From NCBI GenBank assembly GCA_963727485.1, contig CAVSGM010000011.1, positions 800,001-864,000 on the forward strand: a stretch of 64,000 nucleotides of DNA, given 5' to 3'. A program made the translations under genes and the position numbers. The notes below the pieces were generated by a model. That model was not told the DNA's origin and did not search any database. It saw nothing but the letters and a program-made list of their open reading frames with translations. The first letter of the stretch is position 1. Each line of letters opens with the position of its first letter. The DNA is from an uncultured delta proteobacterium (GTDB taxonomy: Bacteria > Myxococcota > Myxococcia > SLRQ01). Of this stretch, positions 43,668 through 53,547 are shown piece after piece.

Positions 43668-45003
43668 GACCGCGGCCGCCCGGGTCCGGGGGCGCACCGA
43701 GGCCGAGGCTCCGGTCGCGCGCACCGCCGGCGAGCGCCTCCTCGCCGAGGTCTGGCACGCCTTCGCCGATCCGGCCCGCCTCGGGTGGTCCCTGCTCTTC
43801 ACCGCCGTGGGCTTCCTCGCCGTGGGGGTGCTCGCGCGCCCCGAGGTCCGCGCCGCCCTCGAGTCTGCGGCCCACGACGACCCCCTGGCCCACCGCCTCT
43901 ACGCCTTCCTGGCCCTGGACGCGCCGCTGGCGAGCTGGTGGCTCACGCTCCTGGTCTCGGTGTCGGCGCTGCTCTTCGTGGCCACAATCATCGAGCGCAG
44001 CGGCGACCTGGCCCTCCTCCTCCACCGGGGCCGGCGCACCGAGCCCCAGGCCTTCGCCGGCTCGCTCCTCGCCGCGGCCCGCCGCGCCGCCGGGGCCCTG
44101 GGCCCGGGGGCCTCCGTGGGCGTCGGCGAGGAGACCCTGGTCCTGACCCGCCCCGCCCGCCTGTTCCGGGTGGGCCTTGCCGTCCTCTGCGTCGCCGCCC
44201 TGGTCTCCGTGGGGGCCATGCTCTGGGAGCGCGACGACGGCGTCGCCGGCGAGGCCCTCATCGTCCCCGGGGAGACCACCGACCGGGTGCAGCTCCCCGG
44301 GCCCGGGGGCACCACCGTGGACCAGCCCCTGGGCTTCGCCCTCTCGCCCATCGAGTTCGGCCACGGGGGACCGGCGGTGAAGCTCGAGGTCCTCGGGGGC
44401 GGGCATCAGGGCGAGAACCTGACGATCACCCCGGAGCAGTCCGCCACCGTCGGGGGCACCCACCTCACCGCCCGGGCCACCCGCCCGGTGGCCGGGGGCG
44501 AGCGCTTCGGGATCACGGTGGTCGACAAGAAGACCGGCAAGACCCGCGCGGTCACCGCCGGGGTGAGCGACGCCTTCCCCGCCGACGCCGCCGACCCGAA
44601 CGGCGCGCCCCAGTTCGAGGTCATGGGCTGGTCCAAGGACTTCCGGGGCCTGGGGCCGGCGGTGCGCGTCCAGTCGGTGACCCCCGCCGGCCAGCGCGAC
44701 GCCTTCTGGGTCTTCCAGAACGACCCCGACTTCGACACCCGCAACCGGGCCCGGCGCTTCGGGCTGCGCCTCGACTCGGTGAGCCAGCAGCGCGACGTCA
44801 TCCTCGGCGTCACCCGCCACCCGGGCGAGCCGGTGGCCCTCGGCGCCGCGGGGCTGCTCCTGGTGGGCCTCGGCCTCTGCCTCGCCGGCGTGGGCGACAC
44901 CCGGGTGGTGCGCCTGGCCCGGGGCAAGGTGGTCGGGGCGCCGTCCGCCGACAAGGACGTGAAGTCGGCGGTGAAGTCGGCGCTCCGGGGCCCCAAGGCA
45001 TGA
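43657..45003 (+). CDS. ResB/CcsB-like cytochrome c biogenesis membrane protein
   Basis: SWW motif after N-terminal TMs, large soluble domain (GPAVRV, FWVF), LGVTRHPG + last TM; diverged. Confidence 0.6.
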   Translation: MATRTAAARVRGRTEAEAPVARTAGERLLAEVWHAFADPARLGWSLLFTAVGFLAVGVLARPEVRAALESAAHDDPLAHRLYAFLALDAPLASWWLTLLVSVSALLFVATIIERSGDLALLLHRGRRTEPQAFAGSLLAAARRAAGALGPGASVGVGEETLVLTRPARLFRVGLAVLCVAALVSVGAMLWERDDGVAGEALIVPGETTDRVQLPGPGGTTVDQPLGFALSPIEFGHGGPAVKLEVLGGGHQGENLTITPEQSATVGGTHLTARATRPVAGGERFGITVVDKKTGKTRAVTAGVSDAFPADAADPNGAPQFEVMGWSKDFRGLGPAVRVQSVTPAGQRDAFWVFQNDPDFDTRNRARRFGLRLDSVSQQRDVILGVTRHPGEPVALGAAGLLLVGLGLCLAGVGDTRVVRLARGKVVGAPSADKDVKSAVKSALRGPKA

Positions 45004-45629
45004 AGGTCCGCGAGGCAGGCTTCCTCAAGAGCGCCGAGGCGAAGGCCCACTGGCCCCCGGACGACCGCCCGGAGGTCGCCATCGGTGGCCGGTCCAACGT
45101 GGGGAAGTCGTCGCTGATCAACGCCCTCACCGGCCAGAAGGCCCTGGCGCGGGTGAGCTCGACCCCCGGGCGCACCCGGCTGCTCAACTTCATCGACGTG
45201 ACCCTGGGCATCCCCCCGGGGCAGCTCTTCGACCTCCGGGTCTGCGACCTGCCGGGCTACGGCTTCGCCAAGGCGTCCAAGACCGAGCGCCGGCGCTGGG
45301 GCCCGATGATCGAGAAGTACATCGAGGGGCGCGAGCGCCTGGCCCTGGTGATCCACATCGTCGACAGCCGCCACCCGCCCACCGTCCTCGACCAGCAGAT
45401 GGTCGCCTGGCTCGACGACCTCGGTCGCCGGGCCCTGGTGGTCGCCACCAAGATCGACAAGATCGGCAAGGGGCGCCGGGGCGGGGTGCTCCAGGGCCTG
45501 CGCCGGGATCTGGGGGTCGACGTGGTCGCCTTCTCCGCGGTCACCGGCGAGGGCAGGGACGCGGTGTGGGACCGGGTGGTCGAGGCCGGGCGCATCGAGG
45601 CCCGGCTCCGGTCGGGCGAGGGCACCTGA
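45000..45629 (+). CDS. engB: Ribosome biogenesis GTPase YihA/YsxC
   Basis: GRSNVGKSSLIN, PGRTR, DLPGYG, TKIDK, FSA. Confidence 0.95.
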   Translation: MKVREAGFLKSAEAKAHWPPDDRPEVAIGGRSNVGKSSLINALTGQKALARVSSTPGRTRLLNFIDVTLGIPPGQLFDLRVCDLPGYGFAKASKTERRRWGPMIEKYIEGRERLALVIHIVDSRHPPTVLDQQMVAWLDDLGRRALVVATKIDKIGKGRRGGVLQGLRRDLGVDVVAFSAVTGEGRDAVWDRVVEAGRIEARLRSGEGT

Positions 45630-45702
45630 CGGGCTGCCGGCGGTCGGCCCGCCCGCCCCGCACCCCGTTGCGCCGGGGCCCGGGCTCTGCCACGCTCTGA
45701 CC

Positions 45703-46227
45703 GTGATGCGTCGAACGGTCCCCGTCCTCCTCGCCCTCGTCGTCCTCGGCGCCGGCTGCGGTTCGCTCACCCAGGTCACCGTGCCCCTGTCCTATCCCCT
45801 GAAGGTCGGGGGCAGCCTCCAGGGCGCCGGCGGCGGGAGCTTCCCCGGGACCGGGGCCACCGTGAGCCAGAGCCTGGGGAACCAGGGGGTGAGCAAGAGC
45901 CAGGTGAGCAAGGTGGACGTCACGTCCATCACCGTCACCCAGACCGCGCCCCAGTGCAGTCAGCTGGTGGGCTGCGACCTCTCGTTCATCGACACCCTCA
46001 CGGTGTCGGTGTCGGCGCCGGGGCAGCCCGAGGTGGTGGTCGGGACCCTCAAGGCCCCGGCGGCGGGGACCCGCAAGGCCAGCCTCACCCTCGCCGGCGT
46101 GGACCTCGCCCCCTACGTCACCGCCTCGAGCATGACCCTCACCGCGAGCCTCACCAACAAGCAGCAGCCGGCGCAGGAGGTCGACATGACCCTCGACGCC
46201 AGCCTGCTGGTGCACCTGAAGCTCTAG
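45703..46227 (+). CDS. Hypothetical lipoprotein
   Basis: Lipobox LGAGC after hydrophobic stretch; beta-rich. Confidence 0.75.
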   Translation: MMRRTVPVLLALVVLGAGCGSLTQVTVPLSYPLKVGGSLQGAGGGSFPGTGATVSQSLGNQGVSKSQVSKVDVTSITVTQTAPQCSQLVGCDLSFIDTLTVSVSAPGQPEVVVGTLKAPAAGTRKASLTLAGVDLAPYVTASSMTLTASLTNKQQPAQEVDMTLDASLLVHLKL

Positions 46228-46240
46228 GCGGGGCGGCCGG

Positions 46241-46510
46241 TCAGGCCTGGGCCTGGGGCGGCGGCGGCGTCGCCGGGGTCTCGGCGTCGGTCTTCGAGGT
46301 CCGCTCGCGCAGGCGCCCGCGGAGGTTGCCGCGGATCTCCTTGCCGCTCTTCGGCGCGAAGAGCAGGCCGAGGCCGGCGCCCACCAGGAGCCCGGCGCCG
46401 AAGACGCCGAGGGCCGGGAGCACGTAGTCGGTGGCGGTGCGCCGGGTCTCGAGGCCGATGGCGTTCAGCAGGTCGTTCTTGTCGAGGTTGCTCACGTCGC
46501 GCAGGTTCAT
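46241..46510 (-). CDS. YtxH-domain protein
   Basis: GLLVGAGLGLLFAPKSGKEIR. Confidence 0.85.
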   Translation of the reverse strand: MNLRDVSNLDKNDLLNAIGLETRRTATDYVLPALGVFGAGLLVGAGLGLLFAPKSGKEIRGNLRGRLRERTSKTDAETPATPPPPQAQA

Positions 46511-46544
46511 CTGGAGACTCCTTTTCCAGTGCGTGGAAGGATGT

Positions 46545-46931
46545 TCAGACCGGGGGCGTGTCGCCGCCGGCGTCCGGGTCGGGCTCGGGCGTCCGCGCCG
46601 GTGGGTCGGGGGCGAGGACCTCCCGGAAGATCACGCTGGTGACGGCCCGGGCCCCGACGGCGAGGCCCGCGCGGACCAGCCAGGGGGGCACGCCGCCGCC
46701 GAGGACGTAGCCGGTGCCCGCGGCGGCCGCCAGGGTGCCGTAGGGGCTGCGCTCGAGGCGGTGGGCGAGGAAGCGCCGGGCCTCGGCGGCCAGGAGGCCC
46801 AGGTCGTCTGCGAGGCGGCCGGCGTCCTCGCCCAGGCGCGGGCCCCGGTCGCCGAGGGCGCGGGTGCCGTCGTGGTTGGGGTTCCCCGGGGCGTCGCCGG
46901 CGAAGGACGCGGTGCGTGTGGGATCGGGCAT
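46545..46931 (-). CDS. Hypothetical membrane-anchored protein (DUF883-like tail)
   Basis: SPYGTLAAAAGTGYVLGGG; SD AAGGAG upstream. Confidence 0.7.
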   Translation of the reverse strand: MPDPTRTASFAGDAPGNPNHDGTRALGDRGPRLGEDAGRLADDLGLLAAEARRFLAHRLERSPYGTLAAAAGTGYVLGGGVPPWLVRAGLAVGARAVTSVIFREVLAPDPPARTPEPDPDAGGDTPPV

Positions 46932-46945
46932 GATGGGCTCCTTGG

Positions 46946-47164
46946 TCAGCGCCGACGGAAGAGGCGGCCGACCAGGTACCCGGCGGCGACGGCGCCGGCG
47001 ACGGACATCACCGGGTGGTCCCGGACGAAGGTGCGGACGGTGACGTCGGCGTGGGCGAGGGTCTCCCGGAGCTCCGAGAGGCGGACCTGCAGCTCGTCGG
47101 CCGTCTCGTCGGGCGGGGGCGCGCCGCCGGGGATGCCGGTCTCGGGCTGGGCGGTGTCGTGCAT
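46946..47164 (-). CDS. ElaB/YqjD/DUF883-like protein
   Basis: FVRDHPVMSVAGAVAAGYLVGRLFRRR. Confidence 0.75.
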   Translation of the reverse strand: MHDTAQPETGIPGGAPPPDETADELQVRLSELRETLAHADVTVRTFVRDHPVMSVAGAVAAGYLVGRLFRRR

Positions 47165-47191
47165 GGGGTGCTCCATCGGTTCGTACGGCGT

Positions 47192-47401
47192 TCAGGGATC
47201 GGCGCGCCGGCCGAGCCACAGGCCCAGGAAGAGGCCGGTGGCGAGCCAGGGCAGGGGCTGGCGGCGGATCCGCTCGGCGAGCGACAGGCGCTCCCGGGCG
47301 GTGAGGCGCAGGTCGTCCATCGCCTGGAGGAAGTCGGCGCGCCGGCGCTCCAGGGCCACGACCCGGTCGTCAACCTGCGGCTTTTCGGACATCGGCTCCA
47401 T
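47192..47401 (-). CDS. Small hypothetical membrane protein (YqjK/DUF3618-like)
   Basis: Coiled coil then PLPWLATGLFLGLWLG; in operon context. Confidence 0.6.
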   Translation of the reverse strand: MEPMSEKPQVDDRVVALERRRADFLQAMDDLRLTARERLSLAERIRRQPLPWLATGLFLGLWLGRRADP

Positions 47402-47834
47402 GGGCGCGTTCCTCGGAGAGCGGCGGGGCGCCGGGGGGAATGGCCCCGGGCCCCGGGAGGCGGGTGAGGGCGGTCTCGGGGGGCGGCGGGGCCTGGAGTC
47501 GGCCGGGGGTCTTCCCGATGCGGGCGGAGGCCCCCCAGAGGAGGCCGGCACCGACCACGAAGTGGAAGCCGCCGACGACGGCCAGGGCCGCGCCGGTGGG
47601 CATCACCGCGGCCAGGCCCACGACCAGGGCCGCCATCAGGACCCCCCACCCGGTGAGGAGGAGGATCCCCCCGCCCATGGCGAGCCCCGATCCGGCGAGG
47701 GCGCGGGTCACGTCCCCGCGGACCTCGGTGCGCAGCAGCTCCAGCCGCTCCACCAGGAGCCGGTCCCCGGCGTCGAGGACCCGGGTCATCGCGGACCAGA
47801 GGGTCCGATCATCCTGGCCATTGCCACCTGACAT
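47370..47834 (-). CDS. YqjE/Holin-X (phage_holin_3_6) family membrane protein
   Basis: ERLELLRTEV followed by two TMs. Confidence 0.75.
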   Translation of the reverse strand: MSGGNGQDDRTLWSAMTRVLDAGDRLLVERLELLRTEVRGDVTRALAGSGLAMGGGILLLTGWGVLMAALVVGLAAVMPTGAALAVVGGFHFVVGAGLLWGASARIGKTPGRLQAPPPPETALTRLPGPGAIPPGAPPLSEERAHGADVRKAAG

Positions 47835-47996
47835 CGATTTCAAGCTAGGAAGACGGCCCGAGGGGCGCAACGGCCCTGCGTTGCCCCGTCCGGGTCCGTG
47901 TGCCACCCTATGGGCCAGGGGTCCGGAGAAATCCCGGGGCGGTCTCGTGCGTAGGCATCAGGGCGTCGCCGGGCGGTCCCGGCCAAGGAGGTACCC

Positions 47997-49804
47997 ATGT
48001 CCCCTCGTCGCCTCGCGGGGCTCGTCGCCCTTCTCACCGTCGCCGGCTGCGGCGGCGCCCACCACGCCGAGCGCTACCCCCAGGGGCTCGCCGGCAACCA
48101 CCAGACCGAGCCCGGCTACCTCGTCGTCGACTTCGACGACGGCATCTCCGAGGCCAAGGTCGACGAGCTGGAGAAGGGGTGGGGGGTGGACCTCCACTTC
48201 AACTCCATCGAGGGGCGCGAGGACGGGATCACCATCGGCCAGTACGCCGGCGACCTGGGGACGCTGCTGGCGCGCATCCGTCGGGACCCGGAGGTCGAGG
48301 CCGCCGAGCCCCTCTACCGCTACCACGCCCTGTTCACGCCCAACGATCCCGACTTCAAGTACCAGTGGCACATGAAGACCGTCCACGCCGAGGAGGCCTG
48401 GGACTACAGCCGGGGCAAGGGCGTCACCGTGGCGGTCATCGACACCGGCATCGCCTACGCCGACTACAAGCAGCAGTTCAAGCAGGTCGAGGACCTCGCG
48501 GGCGCCTCCATCGCCCCGGGGTGGGACTTCGTCCATGACCGCAAGGAGGCCCTCGACGACAACGGCCACGGGACCCACGTCGCCGGGACCATCGCCCAGG
48601 TGACCAACAACGGGGTGGGGGTCGCCGGGCTCGCCCCCGAGGCCACCCTGATGCCCCTCAAGGTCCTCTCGGCCCAGGGCGCCGGGAACAGCGCCGACAT
48701 CGCCGACGCCATCCGCTGGGCCGCCGACCACGGCGCCAACGTGATCAACATGTCGCTGGGCGGCGGGGCCTACTCGGTGGTCATGGCGAACGCGGTGAAG
48801 TACGCGGAGAACAAGGGCGTGGTCATCGTCGCCGCCGCCGGGAACAGCGGCACCGGGCACGTGAGCTACCCCGCGGCCTACAAGGGCGTCATCGCCGTGA
48901 GCGCCACCCGCTTCGACGACCAGCTCGCCCCCTACTCGAGCTGGGGCAAGCAGATCTCCCTCGCCGCGCCGGGGGGCGACAAGAACGTCGATCAGAACCA
49001 CGACGGCATGAAGGACGGGGTGCTCCAGAACACCATCGTCGCGGGCGACCCCATGAAGCAGCAGTACGCGCTCTTCCAGGGCACCTCCATGGCCTCGCCC
49101 CACGTCGCCGGGGCCGCGGCCCTGGTGATGGCCACCGGCGTCACCGATCCCGCGGCGGTGAAGGAGGCCCTCTTCTCCACCGCCCGGAAGGTCCACGGCC
49201 GCACCGGCTGGGACCAGAAGTACGGCTTCGGGGTCCTCGACGCCGGCGCCGCGGTGAAGGACGCCAAGGAGGAGACCGGCCTGTGGCGGCTGGCCGCCGC
49301 CTTCCTGGTCGCCGGGCTCCTCTTCCTCAAGGGCCGCAAGGGCCCGGGCGGGGCCCTGGGCTCGCCGGTGCTGCGGCCCTCGTTCCTGGTGGCGCTCCTC
49401 CTCACCTCCGCCGGGCTCTTCTTCCTCCCGGCGCTGGCCCCTGGTTCCAGGGGATGCGCGCCGCCTCGACCCCCCTGATGGACTGGGGGCTCCTGGCCTT
49501 CGGCGCCGGGGGCCACGCCAACCCCCTGGGGTGGAGCGCCATCCTCCCCTTCGTCCTGGCCCTCTTCCTCTTCCAGGTGAAGGCCCTGCGCCCGGCGCTG
49601 GCCGGGATCGCCGCCGGGGCCGCGGCGTTCCTCCTCCAGTCGCTGTTCAGCGCCGACGCCGACGTGGTCCTCATCCCCGGACGCTTCCTCGACGGGGTGT
49701 GGCTCTTCGTGAACGCCGCCGCGGCGATGCTCCTCGCCTGGACCCTGACCCGCCGCGAGCCCGCCGCCGTGCCGGTCGCCCCGGCCTCCAAGGAGTCTCC
49801 ATGA
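47997..49804 (+). CDS. Lipoprotein subtilase (S8) with C-terminal multipass membrane domain (frameshift near 49440)
   Basis: Lipobox VAGC; VIDTG, HGTHVAG, AAGN, GTSMASPHVAG; adding one C joins the TM-rich 49283..49804 frame. Confidence 0.9.
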
Positions 49805-50022
49805 GCCAGAAGCTCTCCGGCACCGTGACCTACCAGGACCTCGAGGGCGGCCTGTGGCTCCTCGTCGGCGACGACGGGGTGCGCTACCAAATCGCCGGGG
49901 GCGACGACGGCCTCCGGAAGGACGGCCAGCGGGTCGAGGTCGAGGGCGAGGTCGCCGAGGACATGATGTCCATCGGCATGGCCGGACCCATCTTCAAGGT
50001 CCGGCGCTACCAGCGCGGCTGA
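49801..50022 (+). CDS. Small OB-fold-like protein (DUF5818-like)
   Basis: DLEGGLWLL..G.RYQI..VEVEG..MSIGMAGP; ATGA overlap and SD. Confidence 0.75.
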   Translation: MSQKLSGTVTYQDLEGGLWLLVGDDGVRYQIAGGDDGLRKDGQRVEVEGEVAEDMMSIGMAGPIFKVRRYQRG

Positions 50023-50026
50023 GCCC

Positions 50027-51013
50027 TCAGGCCCCGGCCCGGGAGAGCTTCCAGACCACCGCGCCGGTGGCGCCCACCAGCAGCAGCACCGTCAGGGCCG
50101 CCAGGATCATCAGGCTGATGGCCTCGGGGGAGCCCCCTCGCAGGCGCACCGGCGCGTCGGGATCCAGGCGGTGGAGGGGCCGGACCTCGGCGGCGGGCAG
50201 GCGCCGGGACAGGGCCACCACCAAGGGCAGGCCGAGGAGGAGCCCCAGGCCCATGAGGCCGAAGAGCCCCCGCAGGCTCCCCGCCGGGGCCGAGGAGGCG
50301 CTGGCGAGGCTCCCGCCCCCGGCGATGAGGAAGAGCACCGCGGCGACGCCGTTGTTCACCGCGTGGGCGAGCATCGAGGCCCAGAGGCTCCCGGTGCGCA
50401 GGTAGAGCCAGCCGAAGAGGATGCCGAGCTCCACCCGGGGGAGGAAGCCGATGGGATCCAGGTGCAGGGCCGAGAAGGCCACCGCGGTGATGCCGATGCC
50501 CCACGCCGGGCCCAGGCGCGCCACCAGGGGCTGCTGGAGGAAGCCCCGGAAGACCGTCTCCTCGCACAGGGGCGCCACGAAGACCACCGCCACCAGCACC
50601 AGGCCCAGGCGCCAGCCGTGGACCAGGGTGAGGATCTTGGAGACGTCGACGAGGTGCCAGCTCTGGGGCAGGACCTGGTCGAGGAGGCCCATGCCCCCGG
50701 CGGCGAGGACGTAGTTCGCCGCGGAGACGGCGAGGACCAGCGCCAGGGTGGTGCCGGCCAGCCGTCGGGTCAGCCCCAGGTGTCGGAGGGGGGCCAGGTT
50801 GTAGGCCCGGAGGAAGAGGACCGCCGGGACGAAGAAGAGGCCCAGCTCGCTGAACCACACCCCGAAGGCCAGGTCGAGGTACTGGGACAGGCCCCCGAGC
50901 ACCAGGTAGGTGATGGCCATGACCACGAAGTAGGCCGAGACCGGCCCGGCGAGCTCGGAGAGGTCGTGGAGGCCCGGCTCGGGCCCGGTGGCGGGGTGCG
51001 GGGGATCGACCAT
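50027..51013 (-). CDS. CPBP/Abi (type II CAAX) intramembrane metalloprotease
   Basis: APLCEETVFRG, FSALH, HAVNN. Confidence 0.9.
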   Translation of the reverse strand: MVDPPHPATGPEPGLHDLSELAGPVSAYFVVMAITYLVLGGLSQYLDLAFGVWFSELGLFFVPAVLFLRAYNLAPLRHLGLTRRLAGTTLALVLAVSAANYVLAAGGMGLLDQVLPQSWHLVDVSKILTLVHGWRLGLVLVAVVFVAPLCEETVFRGFLQQPLVARLGPAWGIGITAVAFSALHLDPIGFLPRVELGILFGWLYLRTGSLWASMLAHAVNNGVAAVLFLIAGGGSLASASSAPAGSLRGLFGLMGLGLLLGLPLVVALSRRLPAAEVRPLHRLDPDAPVRLRGGSPEAISLMILAALTVLLLVGATGAVVWKLSRAGA

Positions 51014-51079
51014 CGGCGCAAAAAGTAGCACGCGGAGGTGCAACGCGCCGCCCGCTGACTCGTATGGTAGACCACAGCC

Positions 51080-52195
51080 ATGGCTGACACGGTCGCGAGG
51101 GCAGGGCGGGTGCTCGTCGTGGACGACGAGGAGGGCGTCCGCGTCATCCTCCGGACCGTCCTCGAGACCCGGGAGCTCGAGGTGGTCGAGGCCCAGAGCG
51201 CCACCGAGGCCCTGGCCCAGGTGGCACCGGGGGCCTTCGACCTGGCGGTGGTCGACAAGAACCTCCCCGACCGCTCGGGCCTCACGCTCCTGGCCGACCT
51301 GAAGCAGACGGACCCGGACCTGGAGGTGGCCATCGTCACCGGCTACGCCTCCCTGGACGCGGCCATCGAGGCGCTCCGGGCCGGGGCCGGCGACTTCCTC
51401 CTCAAGCCCTTCGAGGACGTGCGGATCCTGGGCGACAAGCTCGCCGCCGGCCTCGAGCGGGGCCGCTCCGCCCGCGCCCGGACCGCGGCCCTGGCGGCGG
51501 CCCGGGACGCGGCCGAGGCCCGGGAGGCCGACCGCCGGGCGCTCCTGGCCGAGGTGGCCCACGACCTGCGCACGCCCCTGACCACCATCCAGGGCTACCT
51601 CGATCTCCTCGAGCAGCCGGTGCCGCCCGACACCGTGGCGCGCTACCTGGCGGTGGTCCGCAGCCAGGCCCGGCGCCTGGCCCGCCTCACCGAGGACGTG
51701 GGGTACCTGGTCCGGGCGAGCGAGGGGCGGGCGAGGCTCAAGCGCCTCGCCTGGCCGGTGGAGGAGGTCCTCGACGGCGCCCTCGACGAGATGCGCCCCC
51801 TCTACGGGCAGGCCGGGGTCCACCTGGACCGGAGCCTGGCCGAGGACCTCGGGGAGGTGGACTGCGACCGGGACCGGGTCCTCCAGGTCCTCACCAACCT
51901 GATGGGCAACGCCCTGAAGTTCTCCCCGGAGGGGACGCGGGTGACCGTCTCCGCCGAGGGGTGGCACGGGGGCGTGGTGTTCTCGGTGGCCGACCAGGGG
52001 CGCGGGGTGCCGGCCTCGGCCCGGGAGCGCATCTTCGAGCGCTACCACACCAAGGATCCCTCCGGGCGGGGGCAGGGCCTGGGGCTGGCGATCTCCAAGG
52101 CCATCGTCGACGCCCACGGCGGGCGCATCTGGGTCGACGACGCCGACGGGGGCGGGGCGGTGTTCTCCTTCCTCCTCCCGGGCCGGGCGCCTTGA
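51080..52195 (+). CDS. Hybrid receiver-histidine kinase
   Basis: VLVVDDE..DKNLP..KP; HDLRTPL, NLMGNALKF, DQGRG, GQGLGL. Confidence 0.93.
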   Translation: MADTVARAGRVLVVDDEEGVRVILRTVLETRELEVVEAQSATEALAQVAPGAFDLAVVDKNLPDRSGLTLLADLKQTDPDLEVAIVTGYASLDAAIEALRAGAGDFLLKPFEDVRILGDKLAAGLERGRSARARTAALAAARDAAEAREADRRALLAEVAHDLRTPLTTIQGYLDLLEQPVPPDTVARYLAVVRSQARRLARLTEDVGYLVRASEGRARLKRLAWPVEEVLDGALDEMRPLYGQAGVHLDRSLAEDLGEVDCDRDRVLQVLTNLMGNALKFSPEGTRVTVSAEGWHGGVVFSVADQGRGVPASARERIFERYHTKDPSGRGQGLGLAISKAIVDAHGGRIWVDDADGGGAVFSFLLPGRAP

Positions 52196-52267
52196 CGGCG
52201 GCCCCCCGCGGGGCCAGACTCTCGCGGAACTTTTGACTGAAGAGTCAACCAGCGACAGGAGCCGGTC

Positions 52268-53434
52268 ATGGCCGAAGCGGTGATCCTCGACGCGGTGCGG
52301 ACCGCCCGGGGCAAGAAGAAGAACGGCAGCCTCCACGGCGTCCACCCCATGGACCTCGCGGCCCACGTCTACAACGCGGCCCTCGAGCGCACCGGCGTCG
52401 ACCCCATGACCGTCGACGACGTGATCATGGGCTGCGTGACCCAGGTCGGCGAGCAGGGGATGAACATCGGCCGGGGCGCGGTGCTGGCCTCGGGGATGCC
52501 CGTCGAGGTCGCCGGGGCCACGGTGAACCGCTTCTGCGGCTCGGGCCTCCAGGCGGTGAATCAGGGCGCCCAGGCGATCATGTCGGGGATGATGGACCTG
52601 GTCCTCGCCGGGGGCATCGAGTCCATGAGCCGGGTGCCCATGGGCTCGGACGCCATGGGCCCGGGGAAGGGTCCGGCGTCGCCGGGGCTCCTGAAGCACT
52701 TCCCGAACCTGGTGCCCCAGGGCGTCAGCGCCGAGATGATCGCCGAGAAGTGGAAGCTCACCCGCGACGACGTCGACGGCTTCGCCCTCATGAGCCAGGA
52801 GCGGGCGGCGAACGCCATCGAGAAGGGCTACTTCAAGAACGAGATCGTCCCGGTGGAGGTCGAAGGCGAGGACGGCACCAGGCGGATGTTCGATCGCGAC
52901 GAGCACGCCCGGCCCGGGACCACCCGCGAGGCCCTCGGCGGCCTGCCCACGGTGTTCAAGAAGGACGGCGTCATCACCGCCGGCAACAGCTCGGGGATCG
53001 TCGACGGCGCCGCGGTGGTCACCCTGGCCTCCGCCGAGCGCGCCAAGGCCCTCGGGATCAAGCCCCGGGCGAAGATCGTGTCCATGAGCGTGGTGGGCTC
53101 GGATCCGGTGCTGATGCTCACCGGCCCCATCCCCGCCGTGGGCAAGGCGCTGAAGAAGGCCGGGCTCACCATCGACGACATCGACCTCATCGAGATCAAC
53201 GAGGCCTTCGCGCCGGTGCCCATCGTCACCGCCAGGGAGACCGGGATGTCGATGGACAGGATCAACGTCAACGGCGGCGCCATCGCCCTGGGCCACCCGC
53301 TGGGGGCCACCGGCGCCATCCTGGTGGCCACGGTCTTGAACGAGCTCGAGCGCCGGGACCTGCGCCGGGGCCTGGTGACCCTGTGCATCGGCTACGGCAT
53401 GGGCATCGCCACCATCATCGACCGGGACGTCTAG
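52268..53434 (+). CDS. Thiolase (acetyl-CoA C-acyltransferase)
   Basis: VNRFCGSG, TAGNSS, NEAFA, GHPLGATG, CIGYG. Confidence 0.95.
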   Translation: MAEAVILDAVRTARGKKKNGSLHGVHPMDLAAHVYNAALERTGVDPMTVDDVIMGCVTQVGEQGMNIGRGAVLASGMPVEVAGATVNRFCGSGLQAVNQGAQAIMSGMMDLVLAGGIESMSRVPMGSDAMGPGKGPASPGLLKHFPNLVPQGVSAEMIAEKWKLTRDDVDGFALMSQERAANAIEKGYFKNEIVPVEVEGEDGTRRMFDRDEHARPGTTREALGGLPTVFKKDGVITAGNSSGIVDGAAVVTLASAERAKALGIKPRAKIVSMSVVGSDPVLMLTGPIPAVGKALKKAGLTIDDIDLIEINEAFAPVPIVTARETGMSMDRINVNGGAIALGHPLGATGAILVATVLNELERRDLRRGLVTLCIGYGMGIATIIDRDV

Positions 53435-53497
53435 GGGGCCTGGCCGGCCCGGGGCCCCGCGGGGTTCCGCCCGGCTGCGCTTCGCAATAGGATCTGT

Positions 53498-53531
53498 GGC
53501 GGCCACGCCTCGGCGGCGCGGCCGCCTTTTT
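53498..53531 (+). terminator. Intrinsic terminator-like hairpin + T5
   Basis: GGCGGCCACGCC-loop-GGCGCGGCCGCC-TTTTT. Confidence 0.55.
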
Positions 53532-53547
53532 CGATCAAGGAGCAGCG

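Noticed and set aside
47370..47834. Holin as evidence of a prophage
   Set aside because: YqjE-type chromosomal family in a stress cluster; no endolysin or structural genes
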